Source of the DNA: a virus
IMG/VR virus record: IMGVR_UViG_3300037189_022865
Coordinates: 26,597-90,596 of that record
Strand: one strand, 5' to 3'
Length of the DNA stretch: 64,000 bases
Each line of letters opens with the position of its first letter. The stretch's first letter is position 1. The position numbers and the translations under genes were made by a program. Below the pieces are notes generated by a model. The model was given only the letters and a program-made list of their open reading frames with translations, made no database searches and was not told the DNA's origin. Shown here piece by piece: positions 8,604 through 18,797 of this stretch.

Positions 8604-10592
8604 AAGAACTCAAATGCAGGAGGAAGCAGTTGCCTCCTGAAAACAAAACAATGGATGGGGTACCCTGTTGATATATACGGGCGGGGGGAAGACACGATGC
8701 GGCTTAATGGCTTACCAAGATTTAGGCAAGCCCAGAACATTAGTAGTCACCTCCCGCCTGCCCATTCTAAACCAATGGAAAGAGGTTATGACAGGAACTA
8801 ATATAAAGTTTATGTGTATCCAATCTGCTTACAAACATAAAGGATATTACGATTTAGTTATAATAGATGAGGTTCATAGATCTTTATCACCTAAATATAG
8901 GGAAGTATTTAGCGGCATAAAAGCTAAGCATTTAATGTGCTTAACAGCCACACTTCCAGAAGAAGCAGAGTATGTAGAGTTCTTAGCTAAAACTTGTCCA
9001 GTAATTTATGAGAAGAAGCTAAAAGATGCTTTAAAGGATGAGATGGTTCCTCAGTTTGAGATATATAACTTTTCAGTACCTCTACACAAAACTATATCTG
9101 GTAAGTACAAACTCTTTGACAATAAGTTTACGCAGTCAATGATAAAACTTACTAGAACTCTAATGGATAATCCTAAACTGAAATCAAAATACAAAAATGT
9201 TTTTGAGTTAGCTCAAGCTGCTCAGTGGGCTTCTTTTGATAAGGAGACACAAGGATTATGTAAATCTTATTGGGCTGGAATGACTATGCGAAAGCAGTTA
9301 GTTTATTCTAATCCGGCGAAGCTAAAAGCAATTCGAGATATACTAAACCACATGGGGATGAGTCGCAAGTGGATAATCTTTACTAAGTCCATCGCATTTG
9401 CTAAAAGTTTGCAAGAGTATTTAGGAGGTAACACTGCTATATACCACTCAAAACTAAAACCAATAGAAAGAGAATTAAACTTAATAGCATTTGAACAAAA
9501 TCAGTTTAATATTCTTATAGCAGTTGACGCTTTAAACGAGGGATTAAATGTCTCCCAAGTAGAAGCAGCTATTTGTGCTGCTGGCGTATCCACAGAGTTA
9601 ACAAATTCCCAGCAGTTGGGTCAGTAATTCGGCCCGTACCAAGTTAATTCGGTGAAGCCTAAGTCGAAAGATATGGTAATACCGAGCCAAGCAGGAAGAA
9701 ATTCCGGGCGTGTGTAGAGCACATCCCCTTTGTCGGGGAGTAGTGAAATATCTGATAAATATTTTGCGAAACACTTGGAATTTATCAAAAATTGTTGTAC
9801 ATTTGTATAATGGAAAATATAATATGGAAATCTATAGTAGGATCTTTACACTATTCAGTAAGTAATACTGGGTTAGTTAGGAGAGATTCTCATGAGAAAA
9901 TGCACAACATAAATAAAAAACCTTTCTTGACAAAAGAGAAAATATTAGCACCTAGCACAAATAACACTAAAGGGTATAAAAGGTTACTTATAAAATATCC
10001 ACAACGTATTAAAACTAAATCAGTTCACAGATTAGTGGCTGAAGCTTTTGTACCAAACTTGATGGCTAAACCTCAAGTAAATCATATTGATGGGGATATA
10101 TTAAATAATCACTGCTCTAATTTAGAGTGGGTAACTAATGATGAGAATGCTGAACACGCAGCAAGGACCAAAAAACGTAAGCACAAAAAAGGTTCTTCAG
10201 TTGTGTGGAGCAAACTTACTGAAAATGAAGTTGCACAAATACCAGAGTTATTACAAAAATTTAGTGTTGCTGAAATAGCTAAACAATTTAATGTTAGTAA
10301 ATCTCTTATTCACGAGATAATCGCTGGGAGGACTTGGAGGCACTTAAACCTCTTTGAGCCTAAAGCAAGAAAGTGTGAAAAGTATTTTGATAAATTAAGA
10401 TATGTGCCGACCACTGCTGAAAAGCAGGAAACTTCGTAGTCTAATCAACTACTATAAAGAAGTTTACAAAAGCGAATTATACGTCCTGAAAAAGGAAAAA
10501 AGCCCGTGTTTATTAATCTGTACACAGAAGGTACGGTTGAGAAAACTTGGGTAGAAAAGAAACTTAAATCAAGCGGATTAAAAAGCAGATGA
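8596..10592 (+). CDS. SF2 (DExH) helicase; exons 8596-9621 and 10473-10592 (to 10673 if the last TGA is read through); TGA=Trp at 8638
   Basis: Motif I TGGGKT, II DEVH, III TAT, V LNEGLNV; motif VI QQLG|RIIR is restored by splicing. Confidence 0.9.
9775..9805 (+). promoter_or_regulatory. Bacteroidota housekeeping-sigma-type promoter inside the intron
   Basis: TTG (9775) - 20 nt - TACATTTG (9798-9805) matches -33/-7 TAnnTTTG; ATG lies 4 nt downstream. Confidence 0.6.
9810..10439 (+). CDS. Intron-encoded HNH homing endonuclease (NUMOD4-HNH type)
   Basis: WKSI..YSVSNTG.VR; VHRLVAEAF; VNHIDGDILNNHCSNLEWVT; C-terminal HTH-like segment. Confidence 0.92.
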   Translation: MENIIWKSIVGSLHYSVSNTGLVRRDSHEKMHNINKKPFLTKEKILAPSTNNTKGYKRLLIKYPQRIKTKSVHRLVAEAFVPNLMAKPQVNHIDGDILNNHCSNLEWVTNDENAEHAARTKKRKHKKGSSVVWSKLTENEVAQIPELLQKFSVAEIAKQFNVSKSLIHEIIAGRTWRHLNLFEPKARKCEKYFDKLRYVPTTAEKQETS

Positions 10593-11743
10593 GCAAGCAC
10601 GGTGTACGACCTTCCGAAACAAGCATTACTAAGTTTATCCGAAGCAACAGAGTCTTCCTTCCCCCGAACATAGGTAAACATCTCAGGGGAGCTTCTTTGG
10701 AAGACTTTTGCCCTTTTTGTTTGGCTGAACATAATAACAACACAATATTCTATAGAAAGAAGATAAGCGAGCCTCTGAGCATTCTTCTTAATACATACTC
10801 TTGTGATATGTGCAACGAGGAGATAGAGAAGAAATCTTCTGATAAAAACATGGAGGATATGTTTGAGGAGTTCTCTGTTAGAGCTGGAGTTAAAGCCATA
10901 CAAAGAATAGACGGGGTTGTGCATGAGGCAAGTTTCCCTAATGACACTCATAAATTCTATAATCACTTAAACCCAGATAAAGAGCCTTTTAGGATTACCC
11001 CAGACTGCTGCTTGTTTTGTCAAGTTCATCTAGGCGCAGCAAAGAACGAACAAGTAGATCCACAAAAGAAGTTGTTTGTAGAGTACTTTATACCTGTTGG
11101 TATGGAGATGTATCATCTTGACGGCGGACAAGTAAAAGTCTGCAGATCTTGTGATCTAGTCATGACTTCTAAGCTAAGTGATACATACATTGCTCACCTA
11201 CTAACTTTCTCAGGTATAGATATCTGCAAAAGATGTGGCGATCAGTATTTTGTAAATAATAGCGAGGTAGATAGTCGCAATGCTTCTCAAACTTTTGGGA
11301 AACATATGTGCCCAGAATGTTGTTATAATAATCTACAATCAGAGGATAAGCTCATGTATGAGGGGGAAAACCTAATGGTTCCTTACTCAAATATAGTTAG
11401 AGACGAGTTCCATAAAATACAAAGATTCGTAGATGTTAATTGTTCTTACTGCTCTTCTCCAGTAGCTATTGACTTAACAATGCACCCTGAGGAAGTTATA
11501 AACAAGCATACAGAAACTAACTTAAAGTTTATTTGCGACGATTGTATCTTCAGAGAGACTGCTCCTATAAACGTCTTAGTAAAAGACGACATAATTACTA
11601 GAATCTTTAATATAAACGATAAATTCTACATTAAAAGAGTTACTACTAAAGGCAAGTTCCTAAACTTTGATACCTCTTTAAATGCAGAAGAAGTTTTAAA
11701 GTTTTTATTAGCTGAAGAAAATGAACAACTTACACTATACTAA
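10589..11743 (+). CDS. Zn-ribbon-rich hypothetical protein
   Basis: Eight CxxC motifs (CPFC, CDMC, CLFC, CRSC, CKRC, CPEC, CSYC, CDDC). Confidence 0.8.
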   Translation: MSKHGVRPSETSITKFIRSNRVFLPPNIGKHLRGASLEDFCPFCLAEHNNNTIFYRKKISEPLSILLNTYSCDMCNEEIEKKSSDKNMEDMFEEFSVRAGVKAIQRIDGVVHEASFPNDTHKFYNHLNPDKEPFRITPDCCLFCQVHLGAAKNEQVDPQKKLFVEYFIPVGMEMYHLDGGQVKVCRSCDLVMTSKLSDTYIAHLLTFSGIDICKRCGDQYFVNNSEVDSRNASQTFGKHMCPECCYNNLQSEDKLMYEGENLMVPYSNIVRDEFHKIQRFVDVNCSYCSSPVAIDLTMHPEEVINKHTETNLKFICDDCIFRETAPINVLVKDDIITRIFNINDKFYIKRVTTKGKFLNFDTSLNAEEVLKFLLAEENEQLTLY

Positions 11744-11976
11744 TGGAGGTATTAATAGAGGAATATGAGCACCATTCTAACGCGTATAGACTTGTCATTA
11801 AGCTCTTTACTAATGGTGAACAATTCTACTATATCTCTACTATCGACAAAAATGGCAAACTAATAATAAAGACAACGTCAAACAGAATGTCAAATATTTG
11901 GACGTTCTTGGAATCTTTTGATACTAGAGTATCAGACTTTTACAGTGCCTATGGTAATGAAGATGAAATCCGATAA
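11743..11976 (+). CDS. Hypothetical protein
   Basis: TAATG coupling to the previous gene. Confidence 0.65.
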   Translation: MEVLIEEYEHHSNAYRLVIKLFTNGEQFYYISTIDKNGKLIIKTTSNRMSNIWTFLESFDTRVSDFYSAYGNEDEIR

Positions 11977-12214
11977 TCAAAATATTTTGGCTACGATTGA
12001 CTTAGAGGACACCTCCAGTAGGAGTCCTGACAAATCCAGAATGGAAGCTGTTCTAATAGTTTATAAAACAAAATCTACAAAACGCACATCTTACGGCTCC
12101 TCAATAAGCTACAAGTATCGCAGATCTCAACACCGTATAAGAAAGAGCTTCGGTCCTTTTGTTACTTTTGTAGAGGCATTAGAAAAAGCTTTAATATACT
12201 GGTATGGCGCATAG
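11918..12214 (+). CDS. Hypothetical protein (true start probably a later ATG)
   Basis: Tiles between neighbours. Confidence 0.55.
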   Translation: MILEYQTFTVPMVMKMKSDNQNILATIDLEDTSSRSPDKSRMEAVLIVYKTKSTKRTSYGSSISYKYRRSQHRIRKSFGPFVTFVEALEKALIYWYGA

Positions 12215-12509
12215 AATCATTCAAATGTACTACGAGACTACTCATGGATTTTTAAATCTTTATATAGAGCTAAATAGTTACACTGAAGAGGACAAAATAA
12301 AGTCTAAATTTAAAGCTTCTATTGTCGTAAGAAATGACGAGAGAGTTGCCGAAGAAATTACTCTTAACCAAACTACTTGGAATTCTTCCTTTATGTCTAC
12401 TCTAGATGAGGGCATTCAACTTGCTTTTAAAGAAGGTGCGATAAAGCTACTCTTCTATAAAGAGCTAGAAGACTCTAACTACATTAACAGTCTTTTTTAT
12501 GAAAAATAA
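12204..12509 (+). CDS. Hypothetical protein
   Basis: 11-nt overlaps with both neighbours. Confidence 0.65.
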   Translation: MAHRIIQMYYETTHGFLNLYIELNSYTEEDKIKSKFKASIVVRNDERVAEEITLNQTTWNSSFMSTLDEGIQLAFKEGAIKLLFYKELEDSNYINSLFYEK

Positions 12510-13023
12510 AATGAGATTGCTTCACACGGAGGAATACGACGATTTCTATCTTCAAATATATTCCTATAAAGGCTTAGGCGCTCCAGAAGTGTTTACCTTT
12601 CACATAAGCTTCCAAAAGAGTAAGGGCAGAAGATTTATTCTACTCACATCTCTAAGATATAAATATGTAACTGATACCGTTGAACATGGTATTTATTTCT
12701 TTAAACAAATAGTGTCCTTCTTTGTCTCTTCAGAATTTAAGTCTATAGGCAAGTATGGTTACTTTCAATACGATGACTTTCATTTAAAATATATAAATGT
12801 TGCTATTAACTTCAAATACTGTGAGTGCCTTAGATTCGATGAAGTTTCCAATGAGGTGTTTAGTGGAGATGTATCTTATCTATACAAGCCAGAGGAACTA
12901 CCCTCAAGAAGTTCCAGAGCAAGATCTGAGTTTACTCAAAAGAATGGACCTAATTCAGATAGACGCTACAAACAAGATCCAGTTGTCAAATACTGGGCAA
13001 GCGTTTCTTTTGAACTACCTTAA
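12499..13023 (+). CDS. Hypothetical protein
   Basis: 174-aa ORF whose 3' part overlaps the next gene. Confidence 0.55.
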   Translation: MKNKMRLLHTEEYDDFYLQIYSYKGLGAPEVFTFHISFQKSKGRRFILLTSLRYKYVTDTVEHGIYFFKQIVSFFVSSEFKSIGKYGYFQYDDFHLKYINVAINFKYCECLRFDEVSNEVFSGDVSYLYKPEELPSRSSRARSEFTQKNGPNSDRRYKQDPVVKYWASVSFELP

Positions 13024-13360
13024 AGAAGATTTCGATTCAGACCTAAAGTATACCTCTGGGTTTGAGAAATTCTGGAAAACTTTTCCTGCTTCAGATAAGT
13101 GGGATAGGTTTCAAGAAAGCAGAAAGCTAAGGGTGAATAAGAAAGAGACGTTTGTCCAGTATCTAAAGGCTTTAAATAATGTAACTGAAGAGTATCTACA
13201 AAAATCAATAGAGACAGAGATTGCTAATAAGAAAGCTTCGTCTCCATTAGAGAATCCTTTTAAGTACATGAAGGCTTCTTATAACTGGCTAGCTAACGAA
13301 GAGTACAACAATGTTTCTTTTGAACAACAAAAAATAGTTTCAGACGACGACTTATTATAA
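12797..13360 (+). CDS. Putative replication initiator / helicase-loader-like protein
   Basis: FEKFWKTFP and KYMKASYNWL motifs typical of phage replication organisers; TAATG-coupled to dnaB. Confidence 0.55.
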   Translation: MLLLTSNTVSALDSMKFPMRCLVEMYLIYTSQRNYPQEVPEQDLSLLKRMDLIQIDATNKIQLSNTGQAFLLNYLKEDFDSDLKYTSGFEKFWKTFPASDKWDRFQESRKLRVNKKETFVQYLKALNNVTEEYLQKSIETEIANKKASSPLENPFKYMKASYNWLANEEYNNVSFEQQKIVSDDDLL

Positions 13361-14337
13361 TGGAATATAGACACATATCCTATGGGGTTGATTCGGCCCT
13401 TAACTATATAGACAAGAGGAGAAAGGGCGAAATTGTGTCGCTTAAAACTTCCTTTAAAAAACTAAACAAAGCTCTAATGGCTGGCATTGACTGGGGTAGA
13501 ATAATGACTATTGCAGGTCAGTCAGGAGCAGGTAAATCTACCATACTAGAACAATTTAAAAAAGATTTCTTAGACCTTAACGAAACTAAATTTGAGATTT
13601 TATCGTTTGACTTCGAGATGTTAGTAGAGGATCAGATAGCTAGGTATCTAGCGTCTGTAAGAAACAAAACTCTTAAAGATATTTATTCAGCAAATACTCC
13701 TTTAGAAGATATAGAGTATGAAGCTATCAAGAATGTACTTGACGAAAGAAAGAAATCACCTATATTCTATGTAGATAATGCTGGTACTTCTGAGCAGATA
13801 CAAAAAACTATTCTTACCTTTGCGCAAGAAAGAGATTTATTAAACAAAAACTATGGTTTGGTTGTTACTATTGACCACGTTCTATTGACTAAAGGAAAGA
13901 CGGGAGAACAAGAGAAAGCAACAGTAGACTCTCTAATGGAGATGTTGAATGATGTGAAGAAATACTTTGCGCATATTGGCCTTAAATGTTTGATCATTTG
14001 TCTAGGTCAGTTAAATAGAGAGATTGAAAAAATGGATAGGGTAGACAACCCTTTGTATCACTTCCCAAATAGGAATGATATCTTTGCTGCCTCATCAATA
14101 TATCACACATCAGATTACGTTATAATAACACATAGACCATCAACCGTATCTGGAATAAAAGAAGGTTACGGTCCCCCAAGAAAAAACCACCCCAAAGGAT
14201 TACCACTAAAGTATCCGGGGGATGAAACAAGAGACATGATTTACTGGCATATTATTAAGGAAAGATTTGGTAAGCCGGGGATTATAGCATTAGCCGAAGA
14301 CTTTAAATTTTCTAAACTAGAAGAAGTAGAACTATAA
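13360..14337 (+). CDS. dnaB: Replicative DnaB-like SF4 helicase
   Basis: GQSGAGKS, FDFEM, TIDH, QLNR, KERFG motifs. Confidence 0.9.
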   Translation: MEYRHISYGVDSALNYIDKRRKGEIVSLKTSFKKLNKALMAGIDWGRIMTIAGQSGAGKSTILEQFKKDFLDLNETKFEILSFDFEMLVEDQIARYLASVRNKTLKDIYSANTPLEDIEYEAIKNVLDERKKSPIFYVDNAGTSEQIQKTILTFAQERDLLNKNYGLVVTIDHVLLTKGKTGEQEKATVDSLMEMLNDVKKYFAHIGLKCLIICLGQLNREIEKMDRVDNPLYHFPNRNDIFAASSIYHTSDYVIITHRPSTVSGIKEGYGPPRKNHPKGLPLKYPGDETRDMIYWHIIKERFGKPGIIALAEDFKFSKLEEVEL

Positions 14338-15869
14338 TGAACTTAGTACAAATCTCCGGAATGCCTGCTACCGGAAAAACAACAGGCGCTAGATTCTTAG
14401 ACCCTAAGAAAACTTATTACATAGATGCAGACGGTAAGGGACTATCTTGGAAAGGATGAAAGTCAGACTATAATTCTGAGAATAAGAATTATGCCAAGAC
14501 AACAGACATACCAACTATCTACAAACTTATCAAAACAATTTCAGAGAGCAAGCCAGATATTAACTGTATTGTTATAGATACTATTAACGCCATTATGACC
14601 ACCGAAGAAATGGAGATCTTAGAGAATCCATCTAGAGATCAGTGGAAGGATCAATAGCTAGGTCCTGTACCTGTCTAATTGCTGGAAACTCCTTAGAGTT
14701 TATTATACTACAAAGCAGCTTTGAAATATAGGCAAACTTGAATGTTAAAAAATAATAAAATTGGACAATCAGCAGCGAAGCTCCGAACAGGAGAACGTTC
14801 AGAGATCATCCCTCCGAAGGGGAGTAGGGAAATTATTTATTCCCGAAATGGCAGGACTTCGTAGATGTGTATATTGTTTAATAGACAGTTCTAATAATAG
14901 AATTAGATATATTGGTAAAACAGAATGCGCGTTATCAAAAAGATTAAGAGAGCATTTGCAAGACTCTAGAAGACATAATACTAAAGTCAGTAGGTGAGTG
15001 CACAATAGAGTAGATAACGGATATGATATAATAATGCGCCCATTAATATGTGATGTAGATTTAAATGTGTGAGAAAAAAGATTTATAAAAATCTTTAAAC
15101 ATAAGAACTTTAAACTATTAAATATGACTGATGGGGGCGGCGGTGTTTTAGGCACAAAGCAAACTGAGGAAACAAAGATTAAAAAGTCTTTAGCTCTTTC
15201 GGGTAAAAAGAAAAGCCCAGAACACATAGACAAAATGAGAAAAGCTTTTTCAAAAACAGCATTTGTTTACAACGCTGTAAATGGTAAGTTTGTAGGGGAG
15301 TATAGCTCATTTAAGCAAGCCAGCAAAGATTTGATAGTTAATCATACAGGACTACTTCTTTCCGCTAAATACGGAAGACATGTAAAAAACTACAGAGCTT
15401 TTTATACATATCAAGGAAATGTAATTCCAGTAAAACCAAAATACTATAAGAAAACATCTATTGAGAAATATATAAACGAAGAAGATATGATCCAAGCCCC
15501 GTAGAAATATGGGGATTCTTGTTAGCGACCTCAGTGTGGAATCTTTACAAAATGATGCGCGAAATTAAGCGAGACGATCTTGTCGTATTCGTTATGGCGC
15601 ACTGTGAACCATACGATGTCAATGGCATCACGCATTACCGAACAATGACAAACGGTAAGAAGCTTTCTAAAATTAATCTAAATGCTTTTCTAGCATACAA
15701 TCTATATACTAAAGTAACTAAAACCCCTGATAATAAATTTACCTACGATCTAATAACACAGTCTGATGGGACAACTGAGGCGAGAAGTGTTATGGGTGTT
15801 TTTGATCCTAAGATTGAGAACAACCTTGAGGTAATAAGAAAATCAGTCCTTGAGGCTGAAATTGGTTAA
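14337..15869 (+). CDS. AAA_24 / Sak4-like ATPase; exons 14337-14651 and 15522-15869; TGA=Trp at 14457
   Basis: GMPATGKTT, IDADGKGLSWKG[W]K, IVIDTIN, spliced junction QWKD|LATSVW, VMAH; TAATG-coupled to dnaB. Confidence 0.85.
14652..15521 (+). mobile_element. Group I self-splicing intron in the Sak4-like gene
   Basis: P1 AGGAU/GUCCU with U-G wobble; IGS GCUAG pairs with 3' exon UUAGC; core TTGCTGGAAA..AATCAGCAG; P7 GATCAT(14804)/ATGATC(15487); terminal G. Confidence 0.92.
14848..15504 (+). CDS. Intron-encoded GIY-YIG homing endonuclease with NUMOD-like tail (TGA=Trp at 14995, 15070)
   Basis: CVYCL..RYIGKT..RLREH..[W]EKRF..LLNMTDGG; ORFs 14761-14997 and 15124-15504 share a frame. Confidence 0.88.
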
Positions 15870-15888
15870 CTAAAACAATATAATCACT

Positions 15889-16467
15889 ATGTATCAAGCA
15901 ACTATGTTCAAAGAAGAGTCTTACTCTGGTGGAGGCTCCAAAATCCCCGTAGGAATTCACACGGGAAATATCGTGTTTAACGGTCTATCCACTGACTCTA
16001 CATGAACTGATATAAACTTTTCGGAAGTAGCCACCGGAAAGGTAATTCATAAACGTCTCTTTGTACCAACTGGAGCTAATCCAAAAGAGGGAGAAAGCAT
16101 TCAGGATGCGTACAACAGGGAAGTAACTAAAAACCTCAAGCATATTGTGCACGTAATGACTGCACTGCTTGGAGATGAGGCTGTTGCCTCTTTCAGCGCC
16201 GAAGACTATAAGACCTTTGTTGCTAATGCCGCATCACTGCTTAATGAGCAAAAGGGTACCGCAGTAAACCTCAAAGTCGTTCCTGATTATAAGGAAAAGA
16301 TGTATCCAGAGCTCCCCTCATATGGTAATTATGTGGAGAAAGCAGGAGGAGTATCTCGTCTTTCCTTTTCCAAGAAAGAATTGGAGGCAATCAGCGAAAT
16401 GTCAGCAAATCGCGCTAAGAAAGATGACGGAGCAATGTCGCAAGAAGACGTAGACTCTCTCATTTAA
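15889..16467 (+). CDS. Putative ssDNA-binding protein (TGA=Trp at 16003)
   Basis: Follows the Sak4-like ATPase; IPVGIH N-terminal motif; acidic tail EDVDSLI; in frame with ORF 16147. Confidence 0.6.
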
Positions 16468-16472
16468 TGATT

Positions 16473-16505
16473 AGGGCGATAGGAGAAATCTTATCGCCCT
16501 TTTCT
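16473..16505 (+). terminator. Intrinsic terminator
   Basis: AGGGCGATAGGA-GAAA-TCTTATCGCCCT followed by TTTCT. Confidence 0.8.
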
Positions 16506-16551
16506 ATTTTACCTGGTGGGTAAAGAGTGGTTCGATTCCACTCATAAAAGC

Positions 16552-16818
16552 ATGAAGACTTTATCTGAATTCATTAACGGTGATCCAAAGAAGCTCGAAG
16601 AACTTCTGAAGGTCAACCCCACTATTGGGGATTCCATTATAATAGGAACCTTTAGCTGTACTTTTATAGACAGCTTAGGAGAGACTATAAAACTAACTAA
16701 ACACTGGTTTATGTTCACTCGCTACTTCCACTTAAATATGGAGTCTCAGGCAGAGTGTTTTGTTATAGACAAGTATAAGGCTGAAAAAATAATAAGAATA
16801 AGAGTACATAAAAAATGA
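16552..16818 (+). CDS. Hypothetical protein
   Basis: ATG 16552; ends at TGA in an ATGA overlap with the primase start. Confidence 0.6.
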   Translation: MKTLSEFINGDPKKLEELLKVNPTIGDSIIIGTFSCTFIDSLGETIKLTKHWFMFTRYFHLNMESQAECFVIDKYKAEKIIRIRVHKK

Positions 16819-17783
16819 AGGCAATCTACTACACTGCTGATTGAAAAACCTCAGTAAACCAAGAGGCAGCGTTTGAATACTACATGGGGCAAAAGATAGT
16901 TCTTGGCAAGCTATACAAATCCCCATTACGAGAGGACAAGAATCCAACAGCAGCATTCTTCTATTCAGAGAGAGGCACACTCTACTTTAATGATTTTGGT
17001 ATAGCGAAGATGTACTCCGTTATAGACTTTGTTAAAGCCAAATTCAATTTAAATTACGAGCAGGCGCTAACTAAGATGATTGCAGATCTTCCGTTAATGA
17101 AAGACGGAGAGGTTACTGTTAAGGAAAAGGAACAAGTGTCTTACTCATTTACAAGACTTCCTATTGAGGATGGCATGTATTACTGGGATAAGTACAAAAT
17201 TCCTAAGCATATAGTCGCAAAATACAGCTTTTTTGCTAAAAATATTTATAGAAACGAAGAGTATTGGGCACGCTCAACAAAGAACAATCCGATTTTTGTT
17301 TACAAATTTCCTTCGGGGAATATCAAAATCTATCGTCCGCTAAGTGTGGACAAGTCCAAAAAGTGGGGAGGAAATGCGAACACTAAAGATATAGGTGGTC
17401 TATTTCAACTTCCTCAAAAGGGAAGTGTTTTGTTTATAACATCTTCTATCAAGGACATAATGGTCTTAAGACAACATGGGTTTAATGCTGTTTGCTTTAA
17501 CGGAGAAGGATATGGGACCTCTGATAAAAGTTACTCAGAATTACAACCGTTCATCGTTGGGCTTAAGAAAAGATTTAAACATATAATACTGTTTCTAGAC
17601 AGTGACGACGCTGGCGTAAGTTATGCGATGAAACTGTCCAATAAAATTAAATGTAAATGAGTTTCTCTCCCCAGAGAAAAGGACATCTCCGACTTCCAAA
17701 AGAAGTACGGCGTGCACAAGACCTTCAAACAGATCAAGAAATTGATCAAAAAAACAACCACACATGATAATCTCCCATTTTAA
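16815..17783 (+). CDS. DNA primase, TOPRIM type (TGA=Trp at 16842, 17658)
   Basis: SPLREDKNPT..FNDFG N-domain; ITSSIKD; FLDSDDAG; KDISD appears only after TGA read-through. Confidence 0.88.
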
Positions 17784-18141
17784 ACGACTAGAGCTCGTTC
17801 TTATCTTCGGATTCTTTCTGATGCTCTCGTCTATCGCAATGTCCGTCGCAGTGATGGTAGATTTCTTCCAAGGAACTTCAGATAAACTGGATGTCCTCGT
17901 AAAAGACGCTTACTCTTCTAACACTACCTACGATGTGAATCTCATCGAGTATACCGATGGAAACGCGTACCACTACTGCATTCCAGCGGATCGTCAAACG
18001 GTTAAAGCGGGTATAGAAGAATTCAATATGCAGTGCGCGCTTGAATGCACAGAAAGCTGCCCAGATTCTATCAAGGTGATGCTGCTTGAAACAGTATTTG
18101 ATCAGCAACAAGTTCTAAAAGACACGATGATTTACAAATGA
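17764..18141 (+). CDS. Membrane-anchored hypothetical protein
   Basis: N-terminal TM; ends at TGA in an ATGA overlap with ung. Confidence 0.6.
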   Translation: MIISHFKRLELVLIFGFFLMLSSIAMSVAVMVDFFQGTSDKLDVLVKDAYSSNTTYDVNLIEYTDGNAYHYCIPADRQTVKAGIEEFNMQCALECTESCPDSIKVMLLETVFDQQQVLKDTMIYK

Positions 18142-18797
18142 ACCACAGGAATATGTCACCCCTAACTGGGGAAAGCTGGGTATGGCCATTAGGAGAGGCT
18201 TTCGATGTCTTCAAAAAAGACATCATCCCTTTTATAGTGGAGGAAGAGAAAACCAAAACAATCTACCCTGCAACACACACCGTTTTTCGGGCTTTTAAAG
18301 AGATCCCATTCGAAGATGTGCGTGTAGTTATACTAGGCATGGACCCCTATCATGACGGAAGTGCGACTGGAATTGCTTTTGATAACCCTAAGAATGGAAA
18401 AATCTCACCATCGCTGAGAAACATTCTTAAGGAAATCGAAGAAGATACCGGCAAACCTTCCATTGGGTTTGACAATTCCTCATCGTATCTCGAGCACCTG
18501 CCATCTCAAGGAGTACTTCTCCTCAATACCGCCCTAACAGTAGAAAAGGGCAACCCAGGAAGCCATTTGGATACTTGGAAATCATTTACCTATAATGTAA
18601 TCAAAGCTCTCTCTAAAAAGGAAAAACTAATTTGGGTACTTTGGGGCAAAAAAGCTCAGAAGTTTAAACCAAATATTAATCCTAAGCATATTATAATAGA
18701 GAGTGCGCATCCCTCTCCATTCAGTTATCGACTGTTTAAAGGATGTAAATGTTTCACCCAAGTCAACGATAAGCTGGCTAAACCCATTATTTGGTAA
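18138..18797 (+). CDS. ung: Uracil-DNA glycosylase family 1
   Basis: GMDPYH, SPSLRNI, GVLLLNTALTV, HPSPFS. Confidence 0.95.
   Translation: MNHRNMSPLTGESWVWPLGEAFDVFKKDIIPFIVEEEKTKTIYPATHTVFRAFKEIPFEDVRVVILGMDPYHDGSATGIAFDNPKNGKISPSLRNILKEIEEDTGKPSIGFDNSSSYLEHLPSQGVLLLNTALTVEKGNPGSHLDTWKSFTYNVIKALSKKEKLIWVLWGKKAQKFKPNINPKHIIIESAHPSPFSYRLFKGCKCFTQVNDKLAKPIIW

Larger units (their letters stand above)
9622..10472 (+). mobile_element. Group I self-splicing intron in the helicase gene
   Basis: 5' exon ends in U and intron ends in G; P1 GGGUC/GGCCC with U-G wobble; IGS TAATTCG pairs with 3' exon CGAATTA (P10); core TTCGGTGAA..TACCGAG; P7 GCACAT(9719)/ATGTGC(10402). Confidence 0.92.

Noticed and set aside
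14761-14847. N-terminal part of track ORF 14761 (MDNQQRSS..)
   Set aside because: This is intron catalytic core sequence; the endonuclease more plausibly starts at ATG 14848
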